From: Tubiluchus corallicola
Lineage: Eukaryota > Animalia > Priapulida
NCBI GenBank assembly: GCA_030141605.1
Contig: JAQGDQ010000158.1
Coordinates: 372,001-436,000 of the forward strand
Direction: 5' to 3'
DNA length: 64,000 bases
The notes beneath the pieces were generated by a model. The model was not told where the DNA came from and searched no databases. It was given only the letters and a program-made list of their open reading frames with translations. The position numbers and the translations under genes are program-made. Positions 25,101-37,405 of this stretch are shown here, piece after piece (positions within the stretch are counted from its first letter, which is position 1; each line of letters starts with the position of its first letter).

Positions 25101-28100
25101 CTTTCAGTCCATGAGTAGTGAGTTACGAAGGGCTGCACCTTGTTGAAAAACTACAATGTTAATACTGAGAGATTAGTGTGCTCCTTATTTTGCACTCACT
25201 TTCCGCTGAACTTCAATTAAGTAATTGAAGGACCTCATTTCTAATGTTGCTGTAGTCAGAAGTAGCAATGGCGTTGCAGACAAAAATAAATAAAAGAATT
25301 GCCGAAAACCTCTTTCGTTTCACGTAAGAGCTTGCTGAGATTAGAGAAAAATTTGAAATGAAAGTGTATAGTGACCTTTTACCCGCTGTATGTAATGGGT
25401 ACGTTTTTTGTAGTTACCTGGTAAATGGATACCTTTTGGTGTTACCTGTTGTCGGTCTTCACTTCCACATGATGCTCACATAAAAGTGGCATTGACAGTT
25501 TGGTCCAGATATGGGAAGATTTTAAAGGTACATAAATTATTTACATAAAAACTGGCTTATCTCTGTCATATGGAAAATTCTGGAACATTTCCTTTATACA
25601 CCAAACATAATTATATTAAGTCTACATGCACATATGCCGGGTGTCTCAGAAGTGACTACTGTGCACTTTACGTTTTTTATTTCCTCCCAAATAACGTATG
25701 AAAAGTAAATCGAAAATCGAAATGTTTGAAAATAGGTACATATGAGGTAAAGTCTTTTTATGTTGGGTTCCTACGGGTATCCCAATAACTTTAGTTCCTT
25801 CACCACTCTTTCACCTCTCGATACGAGAAATTTCTTTTTGCTTTTATTTATTACTAACTGTCACTCATTATTATATTATATTAAATGTATTTTTTTTAAA
25901 AAATCTTAAAAAGACTCGTAAATAAATTACTTATTTAGTGTGGGGACCTATTAAAATCAATTTAAGCAATTGTGATCAATTTTGGTTTTTATTTCTGGTT
26001 ATTTTTCAGCTTCCGGTTCAAATAGATTATATTACCAATATGATTTTCAGCTTGTTTTTGAAAAAAATCTGCAAAAACCACATGTAGAAATATAGTCGTC
26101 ATTGCCATAAAATCAAGTAATATGACACTCCTTTGCGATGGTAACTTAGCATGCTGGCATCTCCATTTAGACGCAAAGGTTTCTCATAAACATGAAAACG
26201 TGTTTTCATATGTACCATCTTTCTCGTGACGTGTCGTCTCGTAAAATATGCCAGTAAATTGATTATAATTGATTATTGAGTTGCTTTATTATCCAATTTA
26301 TTGATTATGAAAATGTAGCCAATGCCCCACCACCATTACTTATTTAGATACTTAGTACTTAATTACTTAATTGCTTACTTACCTAAATGGCTAATCAGTT
26401 TAAGAACGACTAACAAAATAATTCTTAGTGACAGTGTCAGAGCTTGTGAGATTGGAGTAAAAATTTGAAAAGAAAGGTCAGTATGTATGTTTTTCGAAAC
26501 ACCCTTAAATCAGCAGTATAATTTCAAACTTTGTTGTTTATTATTTTGCATGAAATTTTATTCTGTCTTTCAAGAACATTCTGAGAAGACGGCTAAACAA
26601 ACGTCATTGGGGTTATCCGCTTGTTTACAAGCAGCATGACAGTGATAGGAACAAGAACGTCTGTTACTTTGAAGACTCGGATTCTGATTCTTTTGTGCTA
26701 GAAGATGATTCACAGCAGTCTGACATTACAAGAATCACCAGACAATCAAAACGTAATGTACTTTTTTGGTGAATTTTTGTTAATAAAACCAGCATTTCAT
26801 GGGGTTCGGGACTTCGGCAACTATCCAAAAATTTCCAAGTCCGACAGTCGCCATATGTGCTCGAAAACATCCCCAAATAGTCGCAAAACATAGTTTACAA
26901 GTGTTTTCCATTGTCGCCAAATGGGCGCTCGTTTCAGCAAAAATTTTAAAATGTTAAAAGTTTGTCGCAAGAGTCACAAAACTTGCCACCTCATAAAAAC
27001 TTCTGAAAACTGTCGTAAAGTTACCTAAAAATGCGTAGAACCCGCGCAGATATGTCGCTGGTGATGTCCTTCTCGCAAAATCTGCAAAAACCTGGAGAAC
27101 ATTTGGAGACACTTTTGAGAATGCTGTGATGACTGTGTTTTCCAATATTTTGACAACATTGTAGAGAACCTCGCTTGTCCTAAGCTTCTTTTTACGAAAT
27201 AGTCATGCAATGATCGCAGTTACTCTCTTTTATTAACTATAATGAATTACAAGTATAATAGCTATTCAAAATGGAATATATGGCTTAGTCCTGCAGTCTG
27301 CTTTGGAAGGCCATCCCTACTTAACTACAATTTAAAACCATAATTTTGATATACTAACCACTAAATTTCTTTCCACTTTTATCCACCAAATTTTTATGGT
27401 ACTGCAATGGTGCTTCTGGTACAGCAATGAGTATTAGTGGCCAAATGCTGTCTCTGAACAGCAGGTACATTACATATGGAAAAACCAATGAATTTTGACA
27501 CTTCTCAATTTTATTCACAGTGGAGCACACTCGAAGATTCATGGAAATATATCATTGCTAATTTCGTAGTCCAGACAAACTCCATTCACATATAGATAAA
27601 GTGAATGCCTTTACAAGTTCACCGTCAACAGCTCTTGACACTTATAACGATTAGAGACAAGCTCTATTTATTGCGAGAACTCGTTGTAGTTCCTAACTAG
27701 CTGCTAATTCCTTACTTACTGAGCCTAATTTCTGAGTAGGTCTGAATGCTGCTTGCAAGATCTGTCACTCTGTCACAAGATTTGCTGGCAGTCATCTCTT
27801 ACTTACTATTGAAGAGTAATTTTTAGTTTAATTTTGCTTTCTGGTGTGAACTCACTTGCTAGTCGCTTGGCGAGAAAGCTCTACAAGTCTGCGTGCACCA
27901 TTAATGACAGTTTTGTTAAATTAACTTACTAATTAAAAATAACTTCTTACTTGTTGCAGTAAAGTTTAAAATGGAGATTATTAGTATAATATTTAGTTTT
28001 GCACTTGGAAGGTTATGTGGCTTCCTATTCTCATATGCTGATGCTTGTAACAGTACAGTAGGTGCTGCTTAATAGACTCACTTTGGGATGAAACTGTTTT

Positions 28101-31100
28101 GACCCCATTAACCTGCTCAAAATATTAGCCGACAGGTGTAGCATTACTACTATAGAACTATGAGTCAAAGCTGTACTTGACATGACCATTTCTACATATT
28201 TTATGGTGCCCAAAAGCAAGTAAAGATGACATAAAAGCAGTAAGAACTCTTTGGTAACACACAAGTATTTTATTTTAAGTGGAAAATAAAAATATTGAAT
28301 AAATTAGGCAGAGTTATTTGAGTCAAGTGCATACACTTTATGGCTTTTGAAATTTCGAATAGGTGTGGCCCGTACCAGGCATTTTTGAGTGAACTGGACG
28401 ATTGATTCTATTAACCGTGAGTCTAATAAACAGCATCCACTCTAATTTCAAAGTAACTACAAGAATAATAGAATGCATTAATGTTATTCAATATACAAAC
28501 AAACTTAGCAGAAATAAAAAAATACTGTTATACATATAAGAATTTATTCACACATATTACATATTATAACAGTGCAATTCATCATTATTTGTTAGTAATA
28601 ATTTTGCAGAATATTTACATTAGTTAGATTATGCATTTACATTACTTTACATTTACATTATGATATTATGCAAAATCTGACTAATTTCTTCATACAAAAG
28701 CAGATACGTGGTTTTCCCCTTCAGTAAGCCAGTACAGCTCAGTATGGCCCAGAATCATAAGACAAAAAACTGTCTGTTTACAAGTTTCTTTTACATTTTA
28801 GTTCAGTTTAGTTTAAAAAGTTTAGTGTGATAAAAGTTGATTTGTTTGTGTGTATTTCATGTACTAGCTATATGATGATCAGGTCTTGTGAACAGTTCCC
28901 AAAACATAATATGTCTGATTTTCTTTTGTTTTCTTTGTGCAGGGAAAATAACAGATGAAAGTAGCGAAGAAGACAACAATGAAAATGTGTCTCTGCTTTC
29001 CAAAATTGTAGATGCATCTCGAAAGAAAGTTGCTACAATCTCTGCTAAACAAAGGAGCAGACTCATCTTCAGTGACGAGGAGAGACCTCAGAGTCAGATT
29101 TGGAAGAGTGGTGCTAGTGATATATTTGATTTCAAGGGGGATGATGATGGTCTCAGTGTAACTGAGTCAGAAACAAGTCTACCTGCAGTGGATGCCTCTC
29201 AAGCATTGAGGAAAGTTAGAACTAGACATGAACCCGAGGAGGATTGTTGGCTCAGTAAGCAGTCAACTCTTGATCAGCCTCGGCGTCTCACCCGATTGAG
29301 AAAACGCAAGATTCTCTTTCACGACCTTAAAAACGAGAGGCAAACTTTGGAAACGAGCAGCAGTTCTGATGACTTTCTAGTCGCTTCACGCTGCAAAGAG
29401 TCCAGTGAGAAGAATGAATCGAATGTCCACATCGATGACCAGTCATCCACCGCTCGTAAAGTGCCATGCACATTAACTCGAGCCAGTGTAACTGAATCAC
29501 AGGAAAAACCTCAGCAACTCGCTTCTGTGTCATTTGACGACAGTCCGGACTTTTCTCTTGATATTAGTCCCACCAAAACTTTTCCTAATTTATTTTCAAA
29601 CTCTGCTAAGAAAGACGCACAGAGAAGAACAGAACATTCGAGTCTAAGAGCGGAAGCTGCAGGGACAAGACACGATGACAGTAGTCACGGGAGAGCACAG
29701 AATAATGAAAAATGCAGCAAAACAACCGAGAGACCGTCTTCACCTGAACTCGAGAAGACTGGTGCAAAGCAACGACTACTTAAAGACCAGCTTGAGGTTT
29801 GCAAACGCTTGTTGTTGAAGCAATTTATTCTGTCTAAAAGGATCCGTGTACAAGATTTGTTTCTTGTGCATTTTTAGGATGTTTTGCACTCTATAGTAAA
29901 ACTAAGCAGAAAATCTTTCCTCTGATTCGGTAGTTTCTAATCTCATACTAGTAATCTTGTGTCATGAATTTATTAAGCAAACTTTTATGGCAAACAATAA
30001 TGGCAGAAATTATGTACATTGAGAAGTGAATCAGGAGATCAGTACAGTAAGTTCTCGCCTAACGTCTGCCCATTTAGCCATGTTTCATTTTAACGATGCT
30101 GAACATTTGTCACCTTTTTCTCACTTAAAGACTCACCGTTTCATTTTGACGACAATTTTTTTACTTTACTCATAGCCATTTTTTATTTTATCAACCTTTT
30201 TTACCTAATTTCAAGCATTAAAAAGTACACATTGAGTCATTCTGTTCTAAAAATGTATTAGTAACCTAAATAGTGCAATTATTATAATGTTTTTGCTTCC
30301 CGATTGACTGCATACTAAATTGTAGCCATTTATATCAAGCGACTCTCGAGTTTAAACTTTATGCCAAGGATTTTGTTATAACAACCAGATTAGTACTTCA
30401 TGAAATTGTCTCAAGGTCACTCCATGGAGAGCTTGGTTTTTACTACGTAGTGTTAAACACACCAGTGTTTAAACGGGAGGTGAAATTGCTAGCAAGTCTT
30501 TCTAGATACTGGTAAGATAGGTGGTCTCAAGCAAACAGAAAGAAATTAATCAATAGAAATATGAATAGAACATTTAATTTATGTGATTTAAGCAGAATTG
30601 ATGTGTTGATTTTTGGTTCTGGAACGTATCTCAATTCCTATGGAAGTTTTGCAATACTTCCTATGGAAGTTTTGGTTTTGTTTATCGACGTTTCGTTTAA
30701 CATTGCATTTTGCTGGAGCTCATATAGCGTTGTTAAGCGAGGGCTTACCGTAGTTGCATTCCCATACTCCATTTGGACTGCAGAATTCTATTACATGTTG
30801 TTTGTTATTTTTTCTGCATGTGAAATTCATTGCTGTGCCAATTATTATTATTTATGGCAATCATTATATTATTATGGTGCTAGTTAGTACGATTTCAGTG
30901 AACTTTTCATTAGTTTGCAGGTGACGACGCATCGAGATTCTACGGGAAAAAGTCAAAACCGAAGCTGTCTGATCCAAGTGATGACTTTTTTCTACAGGAG
31001 GGGCAAGTTCCTGGATTAATCCAGTGTCCCTTATGTCAGGGTTACTTCTCACCAGCTCTTATTGAAATGCACGCGTCTTCTTGTGAAGGGCCGAAAAACC

Positions 31101-34100
31101 TTAGGCAAGTGTACGTATCTCAGTCTAAAAAATGCATGAGTACAACTGGAACAAGAATTTTTCCAGCACAGTCAACTCTTAGTTCCCTTTTGCAAATGAA
31201 GAAATTTCAATTGTAGTTTATTCGTAGTCATTGTAAAACTTTGCTATTAACATTTCGCTTGTATCTTTTTAGGTCGAGACCATGTCTTACTAGAAATCCT
31301 ATACATACAAGCCAAAAAACTGCCGACCAAGTCGTAGATGGTAAATAATTGTGTAATATAACAAAAGAAATGACAGGCAAAAAATGTGTGGATAAAAAAA
31401 ACAGAAATTGAAGTTTAGTGTCACAATTATTCCACCATCTGGAAAACCTGATTTTTTGTGAAGTTTGTATATAGTTTGTCACACTGTAAGCGACAATCCA
31501 GCACTTGGTGGCAGGGTCCATTTAATTTAAAGTGCAAGAAAGCACTTTTCATAAATAGGCCCTAAAATTCATCTTGAAAATTTGTATTGCTGTTTTGTTG
31601 CATACAGAACTTTCATTAGTAGTAATGCTGTATAAAACTTGTAAGTTTAAACTCCTGCAATGACCATTAGGCGCAGACATTTTAATAGTAAGTTGTTATA
31701 AACAAGTTTTGATTGCGTGAAGTTGGAAAAAAATAATCAAAGCTTCCTGAGCACTCTTTGCTAATTAAGCAAAAGTTTAAATTACTTTATTTTGTCAGTA
31801 CAATCGATAATGCATTTTTTGTGAATCAGTGATGCACTCTGGGATGGCGATGAAGTGCCATTTTACTAATTGGTGCGAATATTTTAAATTACTAAGAATT
31901 TTCTTTTTCAATTACACAAGCCTTTCACACAGGAAAGCGTAGTGCAATTCTATACAAAGTAATATAATTTTGTATGGTAAGTTCTTTGGAATCTACTTTA
32001 AAATTCCCTTCCAAACTCTTGCTCGTTATTAAGGACAATTCTTTAAACTGAGACACTGAATAGATTGAGATGTTTTATATGTTTTTTACATGTTTAGATG
32101 TGCAGATGCCCTTTTGCAGCTCCAAGTCCAATTACTAGTTTGTGGAAATGATCTTATACCACTAACAAAGATGGATGCTTATAAAGATAACACTAATATT
32201 CAAAGCACATTGCTATAGTAATTGCATTTTTCTTCATTTTAGAAGTGACCATAGCTGACGAAGAGGTTAGCGATGGGTTAGGAAGTAAGATACCCAAACC
32301 GTCGCCTTCGTGTAGGTAAGTGTTGTCTTCATTACGGGGTTAAGATGACATTTTGCTGCAATTTCAAGTTTCCAAGGTATAAATAAAAGTTACTACTAGA
32401 GAGTTCTGTCATGCATGTGTTATAAGAGGTTGTTAGTCAAACAGAATAAAAATAAAAGGCTTCAGTGTCTTCATTGCATTTCTGGAACTTTCCTGTATTG
32501 AGAAAAGAGGCTCCATGTAATGGTGCATTCAGAATAGCGAGCTTTGTCATCAAGAAACTTTCCCAGTAACTCGCAAGCATGTTCAGACAAGAGAGCAAAC
32601 CATGCTGCAAATTACAAGCTCAAACTGACACTCATTTCTCTATTCACTGCAAAAAACTGGCCAAGTAACTTGCAGAGGCATTCACACTAGACAGTAACTT
32701 GCAGGAAATCAGTTCACACTTGTGAGTTTCCTGTCAGAGAGAAAACTCGCTAGTCTGAGACGTACCATAAGACTTTTTTAATAGCAGTTCTGCTGATGTC
32801 TCAGAATTGACAAGAAAGTGGCACTGCACCAGTAGTACCGACTTTTGTGGTAAAACTGAGATTCTTCAATTCCCAGTTTCTCACAGTTCTGTTTCCAGAC
32901 ACACCATCTCATATTTAGTACTTCTTTGTGTTTTTATACAAAAGCCAATGATGTGGAGTTGAAATATTGTACATCCAACTTGTTTACTCACTTTTGTTTT
33001 TCATACTAATGTGGCAATTATGTAGCATCCGGTGGCGAATGTGTTTAGTGAGTTGCGGAATAGATACAATCGGTTAATTTTGTTTTCAATCAATGATTTT
33101 CAAAAAAATCAATTGGAATACCTCCAGAAAAAGAATAATGCACACGCAGGCTCCATAGTGCATTGAAAACAAAATTAACCGATTGTATCTATTCCGCAAC
33201 TCACTAAACACAATCGGTTAATTTTGTTTTCAATGCACTATGGAGCCTGCGTGTGCATTATTCTTTTTCTGGAGGTATTCCAATTGATTTTTTTGCAGCT
33301 ATTCTGCAGGAGAAAACTGCATATGCATCCGCAAGCTACGTAAACATCACTTAAGTTTTTGAGTTTTTTATTTCTTTGAAAAGCGCTAATTTGTGAAACC
33401 TGCCAAAAATTTTGCTGATTTTAGAGAAAAACAGCAAACTTTAATGATAGTGAAATGATAAATGATAACTGTTATGTTAAAATGAAGTAAAAATTTCTTT
33501 GTTTTTAGTGGTGACATGGCGCGATGTTACTTATGTAACAAAACATTCCTAAATGGGATTCCCTACCAGGATCATGCAAAGCGATGTTTAGAAGAGAAAC
33601 AGCGCAACGAGCAGCAGGTAATACTGCAGCGGAAGTCAACCGAGTGCTCTATGGTGAGAGAAAGTGGTAGGTTTCTAGTTGCCAAGCAAAAGTCAGTTTT
33701 ATTACAGTATAATCCATTGATGACGGAGCCTGTTATAACAAGCTTTTATAATGAGCAAATTTCAAAATTCTGTCAAATCTTAGGCTTAATAAATGTATTT
33801 AATGCTACATACATGAATTTTTCAGCATGTCACATTAGTAATTAGTAGCTAACTCACTAGACAGCTAGTCATGTAAGCTAAGAAAGCTTTCAATTGCACC
33901 TTGAAGACTCTTTTATTAATTAATAATACACAAGTTTTATCAGCCGTTACATTTTCTTCATTTTGTACAAAATCTGAAGTACAGAAACATCCCAAGTGTC
34001 TTTATTAGTTTCTCTTTTCTATGTATAGGTGTCTCTGTCTGATTGTTTGCATACTAGTGTGAGGTCTTAGACCTAGTTTTAGCCCTATGGATTAATAGTT

Positions 34101-36878
34101 CAGTGTGATAAAGTGTGTGAACAAAATTCTGGTTTCGAATCCATGTTAACTGAATTTTTTTGAGGCTGCTTTCTTCTATATTTAATTGTGTGGATTAAGC
34201 TGCAACATTTACTTTGAGACAACAAGCAACTGTAGCTTCCTCTGCCTTATTTTCAATGTACATTACTACATTTGTTACATTGTACATCTGGCACATGATC
34301 CTTCGATTACCTTCTCACTGTTTACATTATCAGTCGAAGTGAGTGAAGAGTGATCACACCTGGATTCCCTTATTAATTGTTTCTATTATTAGTATAAGAG
34401 GGAGAAGTGCATTACATTAAACATGTTTCTGCAACAGCATCCTTGTGAATTTACCTTTATTTTTTTCTACACATTTGTTGGTGATTTCCACAAAGGCAGT
34501 TGGAAGTGTTTTGATTAAATTTCAAACATATTTAAATCATCTGTGTACCCGTTCATTTTTATTTGTCTAAAGTTTTGGACGTAGAATGCTTGGTAAGCCT
34601 GGATCAAATAGATGACATAATTGCTCTGGGCATGTAGTTAGTACGCACTATGTCCTGAAATGTAGTTCCTTCGGCAAGAAAAAGCCGGATGTGTAAAATT
34701 GTTTAGCATCTGTAGATTGTACGTTATCATTCGTTTACACAATATTTTTTTTTTGATAAGAAACATTACAATCATAAGTACATTTTTAACAAAAACTATG
34801 GGCACTTGATCAAATGATGATTGGCGAACAGGTATAACTTATATAAAAGCCTTTCAGAAGTTTAATATTCACACGATTAACGAGTTAGTTATGTATTAAG
34901 TAAGAGCGAGATTCAGAAAGTTATGTAACTTGTTTTTGAATAGCAGTGTGTGAAAGGGTGTGCGAAAGTTAGTTGTGATGTGTTCGATGTTGATGTTAAG
35001 CTACAAAAATAGAATGAGTGATAATGAAGCTAATGAAAGAAAGATGAAAGTGTTGGGGTCACGGAAACACAAAGGTATAAATAATTTGCTCTGACTAAGG
35101 TAGAAGTCAGAGATTTTAATGTACTATAGATTTAATTTTATTAAATAAAGCACCCACTTTGTATAATAAATGAAATGACAGCAGTTACTATAACATTGTT
35201 AGAATCGGGAGAAAGTGAGGTATCGCCACATAGTAGTATTTGGATATTATTCTGAGTGAGTGCATTTATAGGATAAATATACTGGTACGGATTTGTTGGC
35301 AAAGTGGACAGTGCATAAGAAAACGGTTAGGATCTTCATACGGAGCATCACAGGAGCACTGTGGAAAAGGGGCGATGAAATTAGAATACGTGTGCTTTTA
35401 GTAAACTGTGATTCATGCGCATCAACATTATCATTATTGTTGCAGTTTGTTTGTTGCCATTGTTTTTGACATCACTGTCAAATTGTTGTTGTAAACAATT
35501 ACAACACTGACTGAACTGTTGTTGTTGTAAATGGTTCTAGACAATGCATAAAATTTTTCAACTATCTCGACGTTGCTTTAGTCATGAAATACTTGCAGTC
35601 ATTTTTCTGCGCATTTTGTCTTCAAATCTCATGAGACCTTTATTCGTAAATTTTCTGAGCAGAACTAAAATATTTTTAAAATTCATTTGAAGCTTAGCCG
35701 TGTTATGTGCAAACCCTTAACCAGAATTAATTTGCATGATTGAGCTCAAGTTTGTCAAATGATGATAAAAATTTGATGTTTTTTTTCTTCGTAAAACTTA
35801 GTATTAATTATAGCTGAAACTCTGTGACATTATCATTATAAATGTTGTCATGGCAGTTTATTCAATGTGTAATAATCATTAATAGGTTGTTTCAGGAATA
35901 GTGAAGAAATAGAAGAGATACAGTACTCGTCTGAATCCAGGTGGGTAGCACCAGGTAGAGTAGACTAGCTTACAAACACTGCATTAACACAGGTGTGCTA
36001 ATGAATGGAAATTGCTAAACCAGTTTTTAAGTCAGAATAAGTGGCAATTTATGAAAGCTGAAGTCTTTTGAACTACTAAAAAACCAATGTTTCGTGAACA
36101 TTTTATTTAATGTACAGCTCAGCACGAGTGAAAAGAATTTCAGCACAATTTGCAAATTTATTTTAAGTTACAAAAGGACACGTACACAACACTGTTAAAC
36201 TTTATGACAGTGGGGCTACCAGTGTCCTATGTAATGCAGTTCTTGTTTGAGTGATTGTTTTCACATGGTCGACTGAGACGTTCTGGGAAAGATCTTCCCC
36301 AGTAGAGTGTTACTACATAGTAGCCGACTCAGTAGATCAATACCGGAAAAAATAATCGAGGGGGGGGGCGTGCGACTTGTAAAACATCAGAATTTTCCTT
36401 TCCACGGAACTTTTTATTATTCTAGAGTATAAATTGCATTTTTGAGTTAGGCAAAGTAAATTACAGGTTGTTTGATTAAAAAGACCATATTTTATTTGAG
36501 TTAGGCGAAATTTGAGTTATGCTATTTTCAGTTACTCGGAGTTTACTGTAATTCATTATCTAAACTAATTAGTTTTTCCGTGAGTTGGCATCTTCATCTC
36601 CTCGTTAGTTTTCCTCAGTGAATGACAAAATAAACAAATGTTATTTATTTTGTAGCAGCAACGTTGATACCGAGCACCACGACAGTATAGATGTCAGCAC
36701 TGTTCCAATCAGCGACTCTCCTCCGCACACATTCCAACCAATTAGCAGCATCAAGACGAGCATGGTGAATTTTGCCAAGCAGTTCACTCAGGCCAAGTCT
36801 CGGCTGCGCAAGCGTAACGGAACAGCGGACAGAAACAAACCAAGGAAGAAAAAAATGAAGTCGAAAATATCCACGTGA
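13158..36878 (+). CDS. UIMC1: BRCA1-A complex subunit RAP80 (UIMC1) orthologue, ~842 aa, 15 coding exons
   Basis: Phase-consistent exons: 13158-13265, 16279-16387, 17592-17644, 18647-18751, 19239-19312, 20703-20889, 22501-22593, 26575-26752, 28943-29796, 30914 (or 30998)-31104, 31273-31340, 32243-32315, 33509-33666, 35886-35940, 36656-36878; total 2529 nt. Motifs matching vertebrate RAP80 as I recall it: UIM-like EKEQLAKAKSDS, RRRLNKRHWGYPL (cf. RQLLNKKGFGEPV), ZnF1 QCPLCQGYFSPALIEMHASSC, ZnF2 RCYLCNKTFLNGIPYQDHAKRC, C-terminal SDSPPHTFQPISSIKTSMVNFAKQF (cf. SESPIKSFVSISEATDCLVDFKKQ), then a basic tail. Confidence 0.85.
13294..13510 (+). mobile_element. Probable RTE/BovB-like LINE 5'-end fragment inserted in a (TA)n tract
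   Basis: GC-richer island starting GTTGGCATCCTTCTGTCTCGAAAGACAATGG, which resembles RTE 5' termini as I recall them. Flanked by (TA)n on both sides. Confidence 0.55.
13695..14100 (-). mobile_element. Probable L2/Crack LINE 3' UTR remnant
   Basis: GC-rich stem-loop GGGGCCTGCAAAAGACC..GGTCATCTTGCAGCCACCCC (13744-13787) upstream of AATAAA on the minus strand. Confidence 0.4.
14177..14589. mobile_element. pogo/Tigger-like MITE
   Basis: TIRs TAGTAAGTCCTCACTTAA ... TTAAGCGATGACTTACTG with TA flanks. Inverted homology to 9734-9905 and 30045-30300. Confidence 0.8.
15453..15896. mobile_element. Tc2/mariner-type MITE, young copy
   Basis: Perfect 29-bp TIR CCGTATTTTCCCGTGTATAAGAGACCCTT, TA TSD, and subterminal repeats of TGTATAAGAGACCC. 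Confidence 0.9.
16833..17048. repeat. ~72-bp tandem repeat, ~3 copies
   Basis: Unit GAGTACTCTTTACTGTGCATTGTTCTTAAGTGTCCCATACTCTCCAAGATGAAAATC.. starts at ~16833, 16909 and 16981. Confidence 0.9.
19957..20236. mobile_element. hAT-type MITE
   Basis: TIR CATAGGTGTACG ... CGTACGCCTATG with a perfect 8-bp TSD CTCAAGAG (19949-19956 and 20237-20244). Confidence 0.92.
24034..25195. repeat. 105-bp minisatellite, 11 copies, in a RAP80 intron
   Basis: Units start every 105 bp (24034, 24139 ... 25084). They are near-identical, with a few shuffled diagnostic variants. Confidence 0.97.
28056..28442. mobile_element. pogo/Tigger-like MITE, same family as 5994-6934, inverted and deleted
   Basis: CAGTAGGTGCTGCTTAATAGACTCAC ... 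GTGAGTCTAATAAACAGCATCCACTC with TA flanks. Confidence 0.75.
30045..30750. mobile_element. pogo/Tigger-like MITE
   Basis: CAGTAAGTTCTCGCCTAACG ... GTTAAGCGAGGGCTTACCG with TA flanks. Confidence 0.8.
32521..32767. mobile_element. PIF/Harbinger-type MITE
   Basis: Imperfect TIR TGGTGCATTCAGAATAGCGAGCTTT / AAAACTCGCTAGTCTGAGACGTACCA with TAA on both sides (3-bp TSD). Confidence 0.7.
33041..33295. repeat. Micro inverted triplication (A-B / inverted C-B-A / B-C)
   Basis: 33162-33211 is the exact reverse complement of 33041-33090, and 33101-33186 is the exact reverse complement of 33210-33295. Confidence 0.95.
34745..35390 (-). mobile_element. Non-LTR retrotransposon 3' end (Zn-knuckle C-terminus, 3' UTR, poly(A))
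   Basis: Minus-strand PQCSCDAPYEDPNRFLMHCPLC..R..ILLCGDTSLS..N..I..AV..FI is a typical LINE ORF2 end. A T-run at 34745-34754 corresponds to the poly(A). Confidence 0.7.
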
Positions 36879-37099
36879 TCTCAAATGAAATCTGTAGGCA
36901 TTGTGTTTTTGCTTGTTTCTGTATGTATAGTTATAGTTAATCTTTTCTACCTATATGTACTGTTACATGTTTTTATACTATACTTATATTTTTCTGCCAA
37001 TGACCGATATGATTCTTAATCATTATTATATCTGTGGTCTGATAATGTAATGTATATGCCTGTTATGATCAAAATAATACAATTAATTATAATTGCAAT

Positions 37100-37405
37100 T
37101 AGTGGTGGACATTTTCTATCAGAAAGCGAATTCCAATCGAATTCGAATTCAGTTTCAAAGATGTTCGAACCTTAAATAAAAAGCAATCTCGCAAAGATCA
37201 TGCATATTGCTTGATTTTGTTGTGCAGTAAAAACACTAATAATTTGTTTCCAAATTTTGCATGCATTGCATGTTGTTTCAAACATTTTAATGATAAAGAA
37301 CGTGTGCCTAGTTGAAGTGGGGAATTATTTGTATCCATAATTTTATGTACGATTCGAATTAAAAAACTGTTCGAATCGAAGTTGAATGTTCGATGTTCGC
37401 CCCTA
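37100..37405. mobile_element. hAT-like MITE; related sequence at ~38222-39396
   Basis: Termini TAGTGGTGGACAT ... ATGTTCGCCCCTA, imperfect 8-bp TSD attgcaat/attgtaac. Internal TCGCAAAGATCRTGCATATTGCTT is shared with 39173. Confidence 0.6.

Noticed and set aside
24034-25195. 105-bp array as a CRISPR array, coding repeat or C/D snoRNA cluster
   Set aside because: There are no unique spacers and the context is eukaryotic. Plus frames contain stops. GTGATGA occurs in only 3 of 11 units, the C-to-D distance is short and there is no flanking terminal stem.
29878-29929. Possible small RAP80 exon after an 81-nt intron
   Set aside because: It has an in-frame TGA and is not needed, because phase-0 acceptors exist at 30914 and 30998. 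It cannot be supported without RNA data.
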